Assembly (NCBI GenBank): GCA_963825135.1
Contig: CAWGRW010000009.1
Location: forward strand, 1,472,001 to 1,536,000
DNA: 64,000 nucleotides
Direction of reading: 5' to 3'
DNA from: an uncultured bacterium
GTDB lineage: Bacteria > Desulfobacterota_D > UBA1144 > Nemesobacterales > UBA2774
This document shows, in pieces, positions 62,325 through 64,000 of this stretch (its first letter is position 1; each line of letters opens with the position of its first letter). The notes below the pieces were generated by a model. The model was not told where the DNA came from, did not search any database, and worked only from the letters and a program-made list of their open reading frames with translations. A program made the position numbers and the translations under genes.

Positions 62325-62723
62325 ATGAATAAAAATGTAGGCTTATTCTCAATATTGCTGCTTATCGTATTCGCTGTGCCTTTGGTTTGCGCTCAGGAGG
62401 TTCGTCAGTACGGCAACGCCTCCTGGTATGCGAGCTCTCTGCACGGCAGGAAAACCGCGAGCGGCGAATGTTATGACAAGGACGAATACACAGGAGCCCA
62501 CAGGGAGCTTCCGTTCGGGACGTTGATAAGGGTCAAGAACCTGGGCAACGGTAAAGAGGTAATAGTCAGGGTGAACGACAGAGGGCCGTTTGTTAAGAGT
62601 CGTATAATCGACCTCTCGCGGGCGGCGGCTGTTACGCTTGGGATTCTGAACATGGGCACGGCGAGGGTCAGCATAGAAGTAATATCGCTGCCGGAGAGCG
62701 CCGATCCGGGATCCTCTTCATAG
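62325..62723 (+). CDS. rlpA: RlpA-family lytic transglycosylase, single DPBB domain
   Basis: GNASWY...TASGE...AHRELPFGT...VNDRGPF...IIDLS; no SPOR domain. Confidence 0.9.
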   Translation: MNKNVGLFSILLLIVFAVPLVCAQEVRQYGNASWYASSLHGRKTASGECYDKDEYTGAHRELPFGTLIRVKNLGNGKEVIVRVNDRGPFVKSRIIDLSRAAAVTLGILNMGTARVSIEVISLPESADPGSSS

Positions 62724-62770
62724 TTAGGGTTCCTCTTATAGCCCGTCCTCTGTCATCAATTTTCGAGAGC

Positions 62771-63445
62771 ATGAATAATAGATTACTTCTATTATTGTTG
62801 ATTCTCCCAGTTGTATTCTCATGCGCAAAAAAAAGTGTCGAATCGACCCCCATACCGCGGGAGGAAGCCCCTTCGGGCGGTTATACCGAGCGGGGCTCTA
62901 CCCAGGTCGGGACGGCTTCCTGGTACGGGATAGAGGAGCACAACAATAACGCGGCCAACGGTGAGCGATTCAGCAAGTACGCCTATACGGCGGCTCACAA
63001 GAGCCTCCCGATGGGCACGGTAGTAAGGGTAACGAATTTGGAGAACGGCAGGGACGTAATTGTGGAGATAAACGACAGGGGGCCGTTTGTGAGAGGCCGT
63101 ATCATCGATCTCTCGTATGCAGCGGCGCAGTCGATCGGAATGGTCGCGAAAGGCACGGTCGAGGTCAAGGTCGAGGTCATCTCGACGCCTTCCACCAGAG
63201 GGGGCAGCTACTTTCAGCCGCTCTACACCGTGCAGGTCGCGTCGTTCTCGGAGGAGGGCAAGGCGCTGACGCTAAAGCGGGAGCTCGACGGCGAGTACGA
63301 TGACGTCAGGGTGGAGTCGATAGAGGTGAGCGGTGATAACTACTGGAGGGTCAGGGTCGGGCGTTACGATGATAAGCAGGACGCCGAGGAAACCGCTTCG
63401 AAGCTCAGAACGGACGGGCTTTACGGAAGGGTAATAATGGAGTAG
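62771..63445 (+). CDS. rlpA: Septal ring lytic transglycosylase RlpA lipoprotein (DPBB + SPOR)
   Basis: Lipobox VFSC; GTASWYG, AAHKSLPMGT, INDRGPF; C-terminal YTVQVASF...WRVRVG SPOR. Confidence 0.93.
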   Translation: MNNRLLLLLLILPVVFSCAKKSVESTPIPREEAPSGGYTERGSTQVGTASWYGIEEHNNNAANGERFSKYAYTAAHKSLPMGTVVRVTNLENGRDVIVEINDRGPFVRGRIIDLSYAAAQSIGMVAKGTVEVKVEVISTPSTRGGSYFQPLYTVQVASFSEEGKALTLKRELDGEYDDVRVESIEVSGDNYWRVRVGRYDDKQDAEETASKLRTDGLYGRVIME

Positions 63446-63558
63446 GTCTAATCCTGTTCCCGGAACATGCGCTGTCGCGGGTGGGCGCCTGACAATAAAT
63501 CTGAACGCGTAGTATGAATAGATATGTTCTCTTATCGAGATTGTCGAGGTCATGATAT

Positions 63559-64000
63559 ATGAACGAATTCGTAAAATCACACGGGCTCGGGAATGATTAT
63601 TTCGTGCTCGACGGCTCCCGGATTTCTTTCGAGCTCACGCCCGCCGCTATAAGACTCCTTTGCGACAGGAACTACGGTATCGGCTCGGACGGTATCCTGC
63701 TCCTCGGGCCTTCGGCCAGGGCCGCCTTCGGCTTGAGGATACTCAACCCGGACGGGAGCGAAGCCGAGAAGAGCGGGAACGGGCTCAGGATATTCGCCAA
63801 GTATCTCTACGAGCACGGTCACACGGATAAGAAGGAATTTACAATCGATACGCCCGGAGGCGTAGTCACGGCCGAGCTCGAGGTAAGAGACGGCAGGGTC
63901 CCGTTCGTTACCGTGGAGATGGGGACCGCGACTTTCGATAGCCGGCTGATACCGGTGCGGGGGGAAGAGAGGGAGGTAGTGAACGAGGAGATGAGGATCG
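63559..64000 (+). CDS. dapF: Diaminopimelate epimerase, 3'-truncated by window edge (not in ORF track)
   Basis: Translated by hand: MNEFVKSHGLGNDYF...LCDRNYGIGSDG...RILNPDGSEAEKSGNGLRIF...TVEMG. Confidence 0.93.
   Translation, partial: MNEFVKSHGLGNDYFVLDGSRISFELTPAAIRLLCDRNYGIGSDGILLLGPSARAAFGLRILNPDGSEAEKSGNGLRIFAKYLYEHGHTDKKEFTIDTPGGVVTAELEVRDGRVPFVTVEMGTATFDSRLIPVRGEEREVVNEEMRI

Overview
Gene-dense core-chromosome segment (about 55 CDS) from a diderm, deltaproteobacteria-like bacterium. Gene content and order remind me of lineages such as Ca. Dadabacteria, but that is inference only. It carries housekeeping genes (argS, carB, greA, birA, icd, sucD, yicC, dapB, tgt-yajC-secDF, cstA, hppA, pheS, dcd, gyrB, nuoGH, tamB, alaC, dapF) and envelope genes (TolA-like, three SPOR proteins, two RlpA, two AsmA-clan lipid bridges, a GT-C glycosyltransferase). 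I found no rRNA, tRNA, CRISPR array, transposase or prophage. The most interesting signals are: (1) a type IVa pilus locus with two paralogous pilins, each with its own sigma54 promoter and TGACA-N5-TGTCA palindrome, separated by a strong terminator and followed by a PilH/PilI-like ABC pair and a TPR protein with a duplicated pseudopilin-like module; (2) an apparent operon of hydantoinase/oxoprolinase B, a MEMO protein with a PqqD/RRE-like N-terminal domain and an M19 dipeptidase; (3) a DapF with Ser in place of the first catalytic Cys; (4) CstA coupled to an ArsD-like Cys-rich protein; (5) two convincing genes with no canonical start codon, both showing SD-like motif + ACG ATT; (6) three different TGTCA-headed hairpin repeats sitting where pheT would normally be; (7) repeated separation of normally co-transcribed partner genes, several with their own promoters. 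All calls come from reading motifs by eye; no searches were run.
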